From positions 4,498-68,497 of the IMG/VR virus record IMGVR_UViG_3300039431_000490: 64,000 bases of DNA; one strand, 5' to 3'. The notes below the pieces were generated by a model. It saw only the letters and a list, made by a program, of their open reading frames with translations, did no database searches and was not told where the DNA came from. Shown piece by piece: positions 49,329-58,634 of this stretch (position 1 is its first letter; each line of letters starts with the position of its first letter). The translations under genes and the position numbers were made by a program. The DNA is from a virus (taxonomy: Duplodnaviria; Caudoviricetes).

Positions 49329-49371
49329 TATTGGTTATTAAGTTAACCAATATTATCTAAAATATCATAAT

Positions 49372-49701
49372 ATGAAATATTTATTATCATCAGGTAGTAC
49401 AACTACTGATCTAGTAGAATATATAAAAGACCTAATAAAGATTCATCTACTTATTAGGATAGATGAGGTACCATACTGGGATGGTGGTTCAGATGACCTT
49501 ATTAGAAAGATAAAAGAAGGTGAAGTAGAGTCACAAATTAGAACTACCATGTCCAGTGTAATCACAAAAATTCAATCTAGATTCACAGTTACAAGTTTAA
49601 ACTTAGTAAATGTGAAAATAGAAGGTTCTATAGCAAAAGTAACAGTTAATATAGAGGGTAACGAAGAAGTCTATGGCATTGCTATCCAAAAGAACAATTA
49701 A
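49372..49701 (+). CDS. Baseplate wedge protein, gp25-like
   Basis: 109 aa; 'IKIHLLIRIDEVPYWDGGS' and C-terminal strands; precedes the gp6-like gene. Confidence 0.6.
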   Translation: MKYLLSSGSTTTDLVEYIKDLIKIHLLIRIDEVPYWDGGSDDLIRKIKEGEVESQIRTTMSSVITKIQSRFTVTSLNLVNVKIEGSIAKVTVNIEGNEEVYGIAIQKNN

Positions 49702-51361
49702 TGAAAAATTAAAAGCTATCGCTGAAAATCATAATATGACTGGTGATAGCGTAGAACTCTTGATAGATGAGCTCACGTACTCTCTATATCATGAACAACT
49801 TGAGATTGCAAATGCATTACAAGAGGATAACCTATCAACAGCAGTCTTATTAAACTCTAAGATTCGCAGTTGTATGAATGTAATGTATTCAGTATATCGT
49901 GGGAGAAATGTTCGAGTTAGATTAGAGTTCTTGAATGATGTTAAGCTGATAGCTGATAAGTATGATGTTCTATATAGATCTAATACATTTAAAGTTTATG
50001 CAGCTGAATCATTTGATCTTCCAGTACGTCAATTCGATGCTAATGGTGGATCACAACCAAATGTAATTATTGGTATTTTAGCTACAAAAGATCTACATGA
50101 AAATACAATTCAGATTACTGAATCTAATCGATATTATGTAGATTTTAAGTTAAACCGAGACCTCCTCGCCAACTTATCAGAAGATGTCCAAATATTTTAT
50201 GGATATGATGAAGATCACTTAAAAGAATATCCAATTACTCGTGACTTCTATGACTTCATTAAACAGGATAAAGATGAAAATGAGGAAGATGGATATAGAC
50301 CTTCATTATTTGTACTAACTCTACCAGATTATGGTATAAGAGTTTATCGTAGAGGATACTTTGATACCAATGCACTCATAAGAATTAGAGCATTTCATTA
50401 TACTACTGTGAATGATATCAATTCAGATGAGTTCGCAAAAATTCAAATCCCAGGTACTCAGTTGGTACAGTATGTTGATGGAGAGTGGAGAGTCGGAGTA
50501 AGAGGTACTCTATCAATTGATAATGTAGTATTAGCTGATGAGTATATTACTGTAGATGAAAATGGCTTCCCTGCAGCTCAATGGAAAGGTAATAAGATAA
50601 TTAAGAGTATAACTCAAAATTACAATGGTAATGGAGTTATTCGAGAGGTTTCACGTGATAATGAAAGATCTCTAATGTTATCAGCTAATTACTATGAAAG
50701 ATTGCAAGGTCAGATCCTATCTAAATCCGATATTAACCTATTATTCAATGAATATTTCATTGATAAAGTTCATAGCTCTATTAGTTGGTATGATGGTACT
50801 GAGGAGTTTGCAAATGGAAAGGTATTCTTATTTTATATTCCAAGAATATTAAGAGATACAATTGATGATGGTCCGGAATTTGATGAATTCCGTAAGAAAT
50901 ATGGATCATATTTTATTTCGACCCAGTTAGTACCTCAACCTGCAAAAAGTATTACAATTCATGGTAGTATAACACTATATGTGAATGATACTCAAGGAGT
51001 TAGTGATCAAATTGACGCAATCTACAAACAGTACGTTAATCAACTTAATGATCCTAATAAATATAATAAGATAGGATCGGAAAATAATGATCTTACTAAC
51101 GTATTTCAACCGAAGAAAATCTTCAGTGCTATCTCTAAATTAGAGAAAGTAAGTTATATTGATGAACTAGTCTATACTGAATTTACTGATACTGAGAATG
51201 GTACTGTGATATCTGAACAATATTATGGAGAAGATTTAGCTAATGGCATGCCTCCAAGATATGTACTCGAAACGATTGGAGACGTACAGGTTAAGGTTCC
51301 AACATATTATGTATTTAGTATAGATAAAGTATTAAAATCTAATAATGAAATTATATCTTGA
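49673..51361 (+). CDS. Baseplate wedge protein, gp6/gpJ-like
   Basis: N-terminal 'ELLIDELTYSLYH...NLSTAVLLNSKIRSC...YSVYRG' pattern; synteny. Confidence 0.65.
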   Translation: MALLSKRTINEKLKAIAENHNMTGDSVELLIDELTYSLYHEQLEIANALQEDNLSTAVLLNSKIRSCMNVMYSVYRGRNVRVRLEFLNDVKLIADKYDVLYRSNTFKVYAAESFDLPVRQFDANGGSQPNVIIGILATKDLHENTIQITESNRYYVDFKLNRDLLANLSEDVQIFYGYDEDHLKEYPITRDFYDFIKQDKDENEEDGYRPSLFVLTLPDYGIRVYRRGYFDTNALIRIRAFHYTTVNDINSDEFAKIQIPGTQLVQYVDGEWRVGVRGTLSIDNVVLADEYITVDENGFPAAQWKGNKIIKSITQNYNGNGVIREVSRDNERSLMLSANYYERLQGQILSKSDINLLFNEYFIDKVHSSISWYDGTEEFANGKVFLFYIPRILRDTIDDGPEFDEFRKKYGSYFISTQLVPQPAKSITIHGSITLYVNDTQGVSDQIDAIYKQYVNQLNDPNKYNKIGSENNDLTNVFQPKKIFSAISKLEKVSYIDELVYTEFTDTENGTVISEQYYGEDLANGMPPRYVLETIGDVQVKVPTYYVFSIDKVLKSNNEIIS

Positions 51362-51971
51362 TAAAAAGATTGAGTCAATTCCTATATTTCGTGACTTACT
51401 TATTTTATTAAGAGATTTCTATCAGGATAAGGTAGTAAAAGATAATCTTCTAAAAATAGAAGATATTCCTGCACTCAATAAGCTTTATGACCCAGTTCGT
51501 GATTTTATTGAATTTTATGTAAAAGGTTCTAAGCTTTATATGAGTCCAGATAGAATAACTTTTATCGTCAATGCTTTATATAAAGCAAAAGGAGCTCCTC
51601 AGATATTCGATATTATGGAGGAGTTCCTTGAGATAAAAGTAGAATGGACTTACAAATTCCCAGTTATATCTGTTTTAAGATTATCTGAATTACGTTTAAG
51701 CGATATTCCTACTTTTCTTGATAAATTAGAGAATGCTCTTACTTATCTAATTTACTTTACAGATCTTACTCTTGAATTAAGGAAAATTACACTGGTATTA
51801 GATGGACACATTCTTGAGTATGTTATGGGTGCGTATGAAAATTACAACATTCATAATATTATTGCAAGGAACTGGGCATCAGAGTCAGAGTCAATTATTC
51901 CATCAGAAGAGTATACTTCTGAATTTAGAATACAAATTAAGTATAACGATTTTATAGATGAATTCAATTAA
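51345..51971 (+). CDS. Baseplate protein, gp7/gpI-like
   Basis: 'ALYKAKGAPQIFDIM' motif; follows the gp6-like gene. Confidence 0.55.
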   Translation: MKLYLDKKIESIPIFRDLLILLRDFYQDKVVKDNLLKIEDIPALNKLYDPVRDFIEFYVKGSKLYMSPDRITFIVNALYKAKGAPQIFDIMEEFLEIKVEWTYKFPVISVLRLSELRLSDIPTFLDKLENALTYLIYFTDLTLELRKITLVLDGHILEYVMGAYENYNIHNIIARNWASESESIIPSEEYTSEFRIQIKYNDFIDEFN

Positions 51972-52692
51972 CCTCACTGGTGAAGTAAAGTGGGTAAAAT
52001 ACACAACTGAATCTGGTGAAGATACTGTCGTTGAGGTAATTAATTCTCCAACAATAAATCACCAGCTATTATCGATGACATATGCATATAATTATGATGA
52101 AGAGATTGAACCTCTTCAAGTCATTGATTTAGAAGGACTTGATCCTAGCTTACTCGGGATTAAGGAACTGGCAGCTATGAATAAGGTCTTGGTGATGCAG
52201 TCATCTAGTGAGGAAGCTGATAATAAGTTCGAGTTTAAGTCGCTTCTTGACTCGAACTCCATTACTACTATCGACTTACCTAAACACATAGCTTTAGTAG
52301 AATTTTATGATTATAATTGGAATCTTGTTTCAAGTATTGATTTTGAGTCAATGGGTGAATATTACTTGAATTCAAGAAAACTATTCATATTAACTTACTC
52401 TGCAAATCAGATAAATAATGTAAGTCCTGAAATTCATGAAAAGATGATACATCCACATAAAGATGTAAAAACTCTAATTCTGACTATCAGTGATATCGAT
52501 GAAATGCAGCAAGTAGAGGATCTAATCAAGAACTATATCTTTCTTCCAACAAATACACTCTTAGGTGATAAAGATGAAGCTTATGAAACTGATATGGCTG
52601 AGGGTGAATTCGCTGATACTAAGTATATTCTTGGAGTTAGATCTGGAGATAATATTCATGCAGTAATTAATTTCAAGGAGATTGAACTATGA
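51958..52692 (+). CDS. Hypothetical protein (baseplate region)
   Basis: ORF track. Confidence 0.7.
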   Translation: MNSINLTGEVKWVKYTTESGEDTVVEVINSPTINHQLLSMTYAYNYDEEIEPLQVIDLEGLDPSLLGIKELAAMNKVLVMQSSSEEADNKFEFKSLLDSNSITTIDLPKHIALVEFYDYNWNLVSSIDFESMGEYYLNSRKLFILTYSANQINNVSPEIHEKMIHPHKDVKTLILTISDIDEMQQVEDLIKNYIFLPTNTLLGDKDEAYETDMAEGEFADTKYILGVRSGDNIHAVINFKEIEL

Positions 52693-53057
52693 GTCAAATG
52701 ATTAGAACTTGGACTAAGGGACTTGCAGTAAAACCTCTTGAAGCAGTAATATTTGGATTATCAATCTACATCAATAATACTAATAAGGTATTAATTGATG
52801 ATGTTCCAGGAGATTACGAAATGTCTGACACATCTTATCCGATCGCTTGGCAACAATTAAGAGGAGGTCATCCGGATGCTGATAAAATGCCGATCCTACA
52901 TAATGAAGAATTCATTTATTTTGATGATGGGAGATTAGTCCCAACAACAAAAGGTGATACTTCAAAAGATGGATTTATGATGACTGAGATTCGGGCATTT
53001 TTTAATGATACTGCTGGTGATTTAGTATTTAATACTGGAAACTGGACAAGATTATGA
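52689..53057 (+). CDS. Hypothetical protein
   Basis: ORF track; contains a PIAWQQ motif shared with ORF 54215. Confidence 0.7.
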   Translation: MSQMIRTWTKGLAVKPLEAVIFGLSIYINNTNKVLIDDVPGDYEMSDTSYPIAWQQLRGGHPDADKMPILHNEEFIYFDDGRLVPTTKGDTSKDGFMMTEIRAFFNDTAGDLVFNTGNWTRL

Positions 53058-53242
53058 GTGGATTTAAAGTACCGTATCTTGATTGGATAATTTGCAATAC
53101 CAAGATATATGAATTTAACTCCAAAATAATTTATAATCTTGGAGATATAGCGACGATAGGCACTTCCGTTTATCGATCACTAGTAAATAATAATGTTGGA
53201 CATCATCCATCAGAAACTAAATATTGGTTTAGAATCGTATGA
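53054..53242 (+). CDS. Small protein with CBM5/12-like aromatic module
   Basis: 'FNSKIIYNLGDIATIGTSVYRSLVNNNVGHHPSETKYW' pattern. Confidence 0.55.
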   Translation: MSGFKVPYLDWIICNTKIYEFNSKIIYNLGDIATIGTSVYRSLVNNNVGHHPSETKYWFRIV

Positions 53243-54252
53243 TAGTTAACGGAAGACCTATTACAGGTTTATTTATATATGACTCACAGGTATCTTATAC
53301 TAAGGGTGATTTATTCTTGGTATCAGAATCCTATACATTATATGTAGTTCACCAGGATTACTGTGGAGCTTTGAATGGTCCACCTGAAACCTCATCAGAA
53401 TACTGTACTGAGTATAATCAATTTCATTATGGTGATGCTGATAATCTAAGTGAATCCGACTTAGTATTAGGTAGTACTCTTAATAGTATTCTAAATAAAC
53501 GATTCAGTGGATTGTCAGGTAATGGTTATCTTGCAACAATTAGAAAAGTTACTGTAGATCAGTTAAACTCTTTACGTGATACTGGTGCATATGAGATTTT
53601 CTTCGATGATTCAACTGAAAGTGAATTCGGAGATACTAAGCATGCCATTCTGAGAGTTTACAAACTATTGAGTAACAGTATCTGTCAAGAGATTCTCGAT
53701 TTTGAAAATGGGATCATCTATTTCAGAGTTCTTGGAGAAGATGATACTATATGGACTACGGATATACTTCCAATAAATAATCAAGCATATCTTAAATTTA
53801 GAGATAATGCAAGATATTTCTTAGAGGAAGTTAAAAAATACGTTCAGGCTAAGAAAAGTTCCGAAGAGATGCTCAGTAAATTTAATTATGCTGGGCTTAC
53901 TGAATTTGAAGAACTCAAAACTGACTTTATTAATAAGAATACCTGTAGCTTGAGTTCATCAGTATTGACTCTAACTAGAATTGATGATGTTGTATATCAC
54001 TTCATTATCAGTAAAAAAGTTGAAGCTACCGATGGAGTCGAGAATACAATTGAACAGTTCCCAGCTACATATTACCTGACTCAGAATATGAATCAGGATA
54101 ACATCATCCAATTAGATGATATACAAGATAGTTGCTCAATTAAAATCAGATCTGGTATAATTGAAGTTAGCTTCTCTATCAGTTCTGATGATGAATATAG
54201 GGTAGAATACGTTTATGTCTCAAATCCAAAACGAAAATCTGAAGTCTATTAG
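53239..54252 (+). CDS. Hypothetical protein; N-terminal Y..GD module like the previous ORF
   Basis: ORF track; 'YDSQVSYTKGDLFLV'. Confidence 0.7.
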   Translation: MIVNGRPITGLFIYDSQVSYTKGDLFLVSESYTLYVVHQDYCGALNGPPETSSEYCTEYNQFHYGDADNLSESDLVLGSTLNSILNKRFSGLSGNGYLATIRKVTVDQLNSLRDTGAYEIFFDDSTESEFGDTKHAILRVYKLLSNSICQEILDFENGIIYFRVLGEDDTIWTTDILPINNQAYLKFRDNARYFLEEVKKYVQAKKSSEEMLSKFNYAGLTEFEELKTDFINKNTCSLSSSVLTLTRIDDVVYHFIISKKVEATDGVENTIEQFPATYYLTQNMNQDNIIQLDDIQDSCSIKIRSGIIEVSFSISSDDEYRVEYVYVSNPKRKSEVY

Positions 54253-55459
54253 ACCTATATTTGAGATATCATTATTTACTGAAGAGGTTCAGCAATCTAG
54301 ATTAATACATGAAAAGGAGTTCTTTTATATAGAGAATTCAAAGTTAAAATTTGGTGATCTAGATGTACTAAGATCGAGAGTTGCTGATAATGTATTAGAT
54401 GTAATATATCTCAATTCATTACCATTAACTCTAAAAGCAGTAACTAATTATATTGATAAATATATCAAGTTTGGAGGTGAGTATCCATTATTTGATCTCG
54501 GAGGTAATGTAATTGACTTTGAAAATGGATATAAGATGAATGATCTTATTCCAGAAGAAGTTAATTATAATAGATCCCCAATTAGATGGAGACAAGTAAA
54601 CGGATCACAAAGATACCAAGATGATAGTGATAATCCGATATTATCTCATATAGGTTCTCGGCAACAATCTGATCCATCCATCAATTTTAATATGGAAGGT
54701 CAGGAAGGTGATGAAGTTTTAGATGATATTATCTTAGAACTCTCTCAACAAGTTGAAGAATTAGAGGGATTAATTGAAACTGGTGAAGATATTCTAGAGG
54801 TTGTAGAATATGGTGACATATCAGATTATATATCTACAAAAACTTTAGTTAAATTACCTGAAGGATTCGAAGGGAATAAACCTATTACTTGGCAACAATT
54901 AGGTGGAATAACCTATGATGATCAAAAGAAAAATACCACATATCAAAAGAAGATTATGTACTTCGATGATGGTGGAGATAATCTTGCACAAAGATTAATT
55001 TCTGGAGATTATTTACTTGATATCATAATTAACTACAGACTCGATATTCACGGTCGTAAGCCAGTTAAATGGCGCCAATTTAATGGATCTGAATCATATC
55101 AGGATGAAGATTATAAAAATGTTTTATCCGAGCTAAGAGTTTCTGATGGCGACTTCAGTGTAAATTTCGATGATGGACTTGGAAGGATATTTAAAATCAA
55201 TTATGAAACTGAGGATGGTAGCAAAATACCGATTACTTGGAATGGATTTCATGTAACTACCGGTGACCTTGCAGAATATACTGCATCATTCAGAATTCAT
55301 GCTATTCCTGGATTTATCAGATTCGGAAAATTATTTATAATTGAAATTTCAGAGGATTCAATAATAGTATATCCTATTAGCAGTGATATCCAAGAATATC
55401 TTATTATTTCATGTAAGGTAGTATGTAAAAATCTACCTCAAGTTCAAGAAGCACAATGA
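54215..55459 (+). CDS. Hypothetical protein with internal duplication
   Basis: PIRWRQVNGSQRYQDD / PVKWRQFNGSESYQDE repeat. Confidence 0.7.
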   Translation: MSQIQNENLKSIRPIFEISLFTEEVQQSRLIHEKEFFYIENSKLKFGDLDVLRSRVADNVLDVIYLNSLPLTLKAVTNYIDKYIKFGGEYPLFDLGGNVIDFENGYKMNDLIPEEVNYNRSPIRWRQVNGSQRYQDDSDNPILSHIGSRQQSDPSINFNMEGQEGDEVLDDIILELSQQVEELEGLIETGEDILEVVEYGDISDYISTKTLVKLPEGFEGNKPITWQQLGGITYDDQKKNTTYQKKIMYFDDGGDNLAQRLISGDYLLDIIINYRLDIHGRKPVKWRQFNGSESYQDEDYKNVLSELRVSDGDFSVNFDDGLGRIFKINYETEDGSKIPITWNGFHVTTGDLAEYTASFRIHAIPGFIRFGKLFIIEISEDSIIVYPISSDIQEYLIISCKVVCKNLPQVQEAQ

Positions 55460-57027
55460 TTACAAAAATATTAGGATCAGTAAGTGATTTTATCAACTGT
55501 GATAGGATAGCCTTTATTGGGATGCCTAATGATGAGATCTTAGTTGAATCTAAGATCTCTACCTATACAGTTTCATACTTTACATTAGAACGTGACGATG
55601 TAAAAGTAAAAATGAGTGAAAGATATGAAGATGAGGATGGGAATGAGTACTTTAGATTTAGGTTTACAAAAAGAGATGAGAATGATGAAGTTATCATAGT
55701 GGATGGAAAAGCTATACTTGATGACTTCATTGGCACTCACCTAGTCATGTATAATGCAACTGGTGAACCTTTAGGATTTGTTGATCTTACTCAGAAGATA
55801 AACATAAGAGCTTATGGCATTTGGGAGATAGATCTTGCGATGGAATACGATATTGAAATTCAAAATGTTGAATTCAATGTCAATATAGATTACAAAGAAC
55901 ACATAATTTTAACTGGCACACATGAGGTGCATCATCGACTTCAAGAAGTTGATATGGCTAGTGAGCGTGCAGTTCGAAGTTCTGAGGTGAATATCTATAC
56001 CCGTAGAAAATCATTTACAAAGAATTTAATTGAAGCTCTTCATGATAATCGAATGATGTTTAGGTATTCTGGTAAGGTATCTAAATATTTAAATGATAAA
56101 GATCTTGGAAATGAATTGACTGAGATAGAATTAGGTCAAATCAAGATGAATGAGTATACCTTAAGTAGTGGGGAATTAGATCTTGAAAATGAATTAGTAG
56201 ATATTGTAAGGTCCGAAGGTTCAGATTATCTAATTAGAATAATTAAAGGAGCACTACTAAGTATACAAAAATTAGTAGCTAATCAAAGTTCAGGTAGCGT
56301 AACTGAACCTACGATGTCATTTGAAATTCCAATATCATCATTATCTCAAGTAGGTGGAAATATCGTGATAGATGATACTGGAAAAGTATATGATTTCAGG
56401 GAGTTAGTAAAAGGAACTTCAGGTAATTTAGATCTGTATGTCCATACATATCGACTACAAGATGGTTATAATTCTGAAGATAATATAGATGTAGATGAGA
56501 AAGTTAAAATTGCTGACTCCACAAGATTTGTTAAAAATCCATTTACTAAAGAATTACTGGCATGTCAAGTAAATTCTAAAGGTCATTGGATTCCGATGAA
56601 TCTTGAATTAGAAAAAGTAATCTCTGATTTTGGTGGAGCTACATTTACTGATAGAATTATTTATGCAGCTCCAGGTTTTTTAGTTTCAGTTAATAAAAAT
56701 ACCCAAAATATCAGAATCTTTAATTATAAACATCCAGGATATTTTAAGGGATCTGAATTAGTAAGTGAGTATGAGGACTATATATTACCTTCCAGTGCTA
56801 ACTTAATACCAATTACCAGAGATTTAATATATTATCCAGATGCATATAAGTTATTATTACTATCAGAGTATTCAATAAAAGAATATTCAGTTAGTGATTA
56901 TAAGTTTAAAAACTTATCTAGATTAATCAAAACCTTTGACTATGAAGTTAAAGATTACGTTATACTGCCGATAGCGATGGATGGATGTTTATATACATCC
57001 AATGGAACAATTTTAAGAAAATTATAA
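55456..57027 (+). CDS. Hypothetical protein
   Basis: ORF track. Confidence 0.7.
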   Translation: MITKILGSVSDFINCDRIAFIGMPNDEILVESKISTYTVSYFTLERDDVKVKMSERYEDEDGNEYFRFRFTKRDENDEVIIVDGKAILDDFIGTHLVMYNATGEPLGFVDLTQKINIRAYGIWEIDLAMEYDIEIQNVEFNVNIDYKEHIILTGTHEVHHRLQEVDMASERAVRSSEVNIYTRRKSFTKNLIEALHDNRMMFRYSGKVSKYLNDKDLGNELTEIELGQIKMNEYTLSSGELDLENELVDIVRSEGSDYLIRIIKGALLSIQKLVANQSSGSVTEPTMSFEIPISSLSQVGGNIVIDDTGKVYDFRELVKGTSGNLDLYVHTYRLQDGYNSEDNIDVDEKVKIADSTRFVKNPFTKELLACQVNSKGHWIPMNLELEKVISDFGGATFTDRIIYAAPGFLVSVNKNTQNIRIFNYKHPGYFKGSELVSEYEDYILPSSANLIPITRDLIYYPDAYKLLLLSEYSIKEYSVSDYKFKNLSRLIKTFDYEVKDYVILPIAMDGCLYTSNGTILRKL

Positions 57028-57692
57028 TGTACATCCGTTATACAAGAACATTTATTCAAAAATTGACAATTCCACAGTATCCATTGAAAGGATTCTATGG
57101 TACTTTCCAGTCAGCTCGAGGTGGGTATTTTGATAACGACTTAACTAAATATAATTCATCATCTAAGTTGGTGATGAATACAGTAGTTTATAAGGATTTC
57201 TTTAGAATAAGTTTTAAATTAAATGGCTTAGATGAGAGTAACCATGCAAACATGTTGTATCTATATGCGATTGACATGTTTAAGTATGATGATGCTACTC
57301 AATGGGAAAGTCGAAAGCTTACCTCGCAATTAGCTGGAATTATATATCTTCAGGATGATGACTTAAAACCTGAAGATGGAGAAGAGTCACATGAAGATCT
57401 TGTAAGAATAAATACTGTTAATATCCTTAACTTCTATCCAAAGGTTGGAGATACTTTATATCCGATAAAAGCAAGTTTTCATGCATTAACTATGAGACGT
57501 AACCCTAGTATGGGACACTATGCCGAACCCCTCTTGGGACAGGTTAATGCTTATAAATATGAGGATAATGATCATTACCTTTTAGATAAAGGATCTGGAC
57601 TTCAGAAACTGAAAGATCAACTTCCATATCAAAAAGATGCTGAACTTTTAGGTGACTGGTGTGTGACTACAAGTGGTTTGATACAATTATAG
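57027..57692 (+). CDS. Hypothetical protein, last gene of + strand block
   Basis: The track starts at 56985; ATG 57027, overlapping the previous stop, is preferred. Confidence 0.7.
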   Translation: MYIRYTRTFIQKLTIPQYPLKGFYGTFQSARGGYFDNDLTKYNSSSKLVMNTVVYKDFFRISFKLNGLDESNHANMLYLYAIDMFKYDDATQWESRKLTSQLAGIIYLQDDDLKPEDGEESHEDLVRINTVNILNFYPKVGDTLYPIKASFHALTMRRNPSMGHYAEPLLGQVNAYKYEDNDHYLLDKGSGLQKLKDQLPYQKDAELLGDWCVTTSGLIQL

Positions 57693-57711
57693 GATTAAAG
57701 TGTATATTTTT

Positions 57712-57744
57712 GAATGGCTCAGCTTAGGCTGGGCTATTCTTTTT
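57712..57744 (+). terminator. Intrinsic terminator ending the + strand block
   Basis: 12-bp stem GAATGGCTCAGC/GCTGGGCTATTC, loop TTAG, then TTTTT. Confidence 0.85.
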
Positions 57745-58107
57745 GTACTGTTCAGGCGTTTTTACAAGGCTGAAACCCTTATCCTTGGATAAGAGTATCC
57801 AATACTCTTACCTTAGGATAACACGTTATCGAGCGGTCGAAAGCCTCAATTAGAGGTGAAACCTCCAAGTATAACTTGATGTTTCATCTTTTATATTAAA
57901 AGACCTCTCGAGGTCAAGAATATTAAATATAATTTAATATCCAATTAATATTTATAAGAATCCTTAATTGGGTTTCCCTCTATGGGAATATTGTCACCTC
58001 CAAGTCTGTATATTATATTTTACTGCATAGCTTACAAATTAGCTTTGCAGTTATTTTTCTGTTCAAAATTAAGCCTGGAAAAACGAACAAAAAGAAAATC
58101 CAGATGA

Positions 58108-58140
58108 TAAAATGGAGGATGACCCTAAGGCCACCCTCCA
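58108..58140 (-). terminator. Intrinsic terminator ending the - strand block
   Basis: Minus-strand TGGAGGGTGGCC-TTAG-GGTCATCCTCCA (with G.U pairs) then TTTTA. Confidence 0.75.
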
Positions 58141-58145
58141 CAGTA

Positions 58146-58634
58146 TTATCCTAAAAGTTCAAGAACCCGATCGACAGTTTCATTTTCTCCATGAGAATAA
58201 TCTTCTGTAAGCCAGTCTTTAATCTCATTAAGGTCACAGAAACTCATTAGTTCATACCTTTTAGCTTCATCCTCGTACTTTCTAATTAGCTGATTCTTAT
58301 ATGGATCCATTGTTCCGAGATCATTCCAGACTTCAAGAATTTGGACTGCCATTTCGAATTTTGGATCATCCTTAATATGACTCCAGTAGTAATTGCGAAT
58401 ATGGTCGATATCAGCTTCACACTTAAGAGCTCCAATTTTATTTTGAAGTTCCAAGTAAGATTCGAGTCTATGAGAATCTACTATAATAAAAGTAGTATCA
58501 TAGTTTCCATCTTTGAACTCTTGTACAGCTTTTAGGAAATTATCTTCATCGAACTTCCTAATCCATTTTCTACCATTTAACTGCTCATGCCAGTCAAGGA
58601 TAACAAAACTTTTATCTTGAATTTTCATCACCAA
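58146..58634 (-). CDS. Hypothetical protein
   Basis: ORF track. Confidence 0.7.
   Translation of the reverse strand: MVMKIQDKSFVILDWHEQLNGRKWIRKFDEDNFLKAVQEFKDGNYDTTFIIVDSHRLESYLELQNKIGALKCEADIDHIRNYYWSHIKDDPKFEMAVQILEVWNDLGTMDPYKNQLIRKYEDEAKRYELMSFCDLNEIKDWLTEDYSHGENETVDRVLELLG

Larger units (their letters stand above)
605..49355 (+). repeat. Dispersed family of 17 intergenic stem-loops with 6-nt loops of consensus N-T-R-A-N-N
   Basis: Copies at 605-636, 4621-4652, 6758-6787, 9754-9785, 10905-10934, 20931-20960, 22441-22462, 22543-22568, 24600-24631, 27012-27041, 30379-30406, 33935-33960, 39292-39321, 39638-39661, 40675-40702, 45215-45240 and 49326-49355. The span given is the envelope; see findings. 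Confidence 0.85.

Noticed and set aside
57959-57974. Extra URA-loop hairpin (AATCC-TTAATT-GGGTT)
   Set aside because: The stem is only 5-6 bp with G.U pairs in AT-rich sequence, so it was not counted among the 17.
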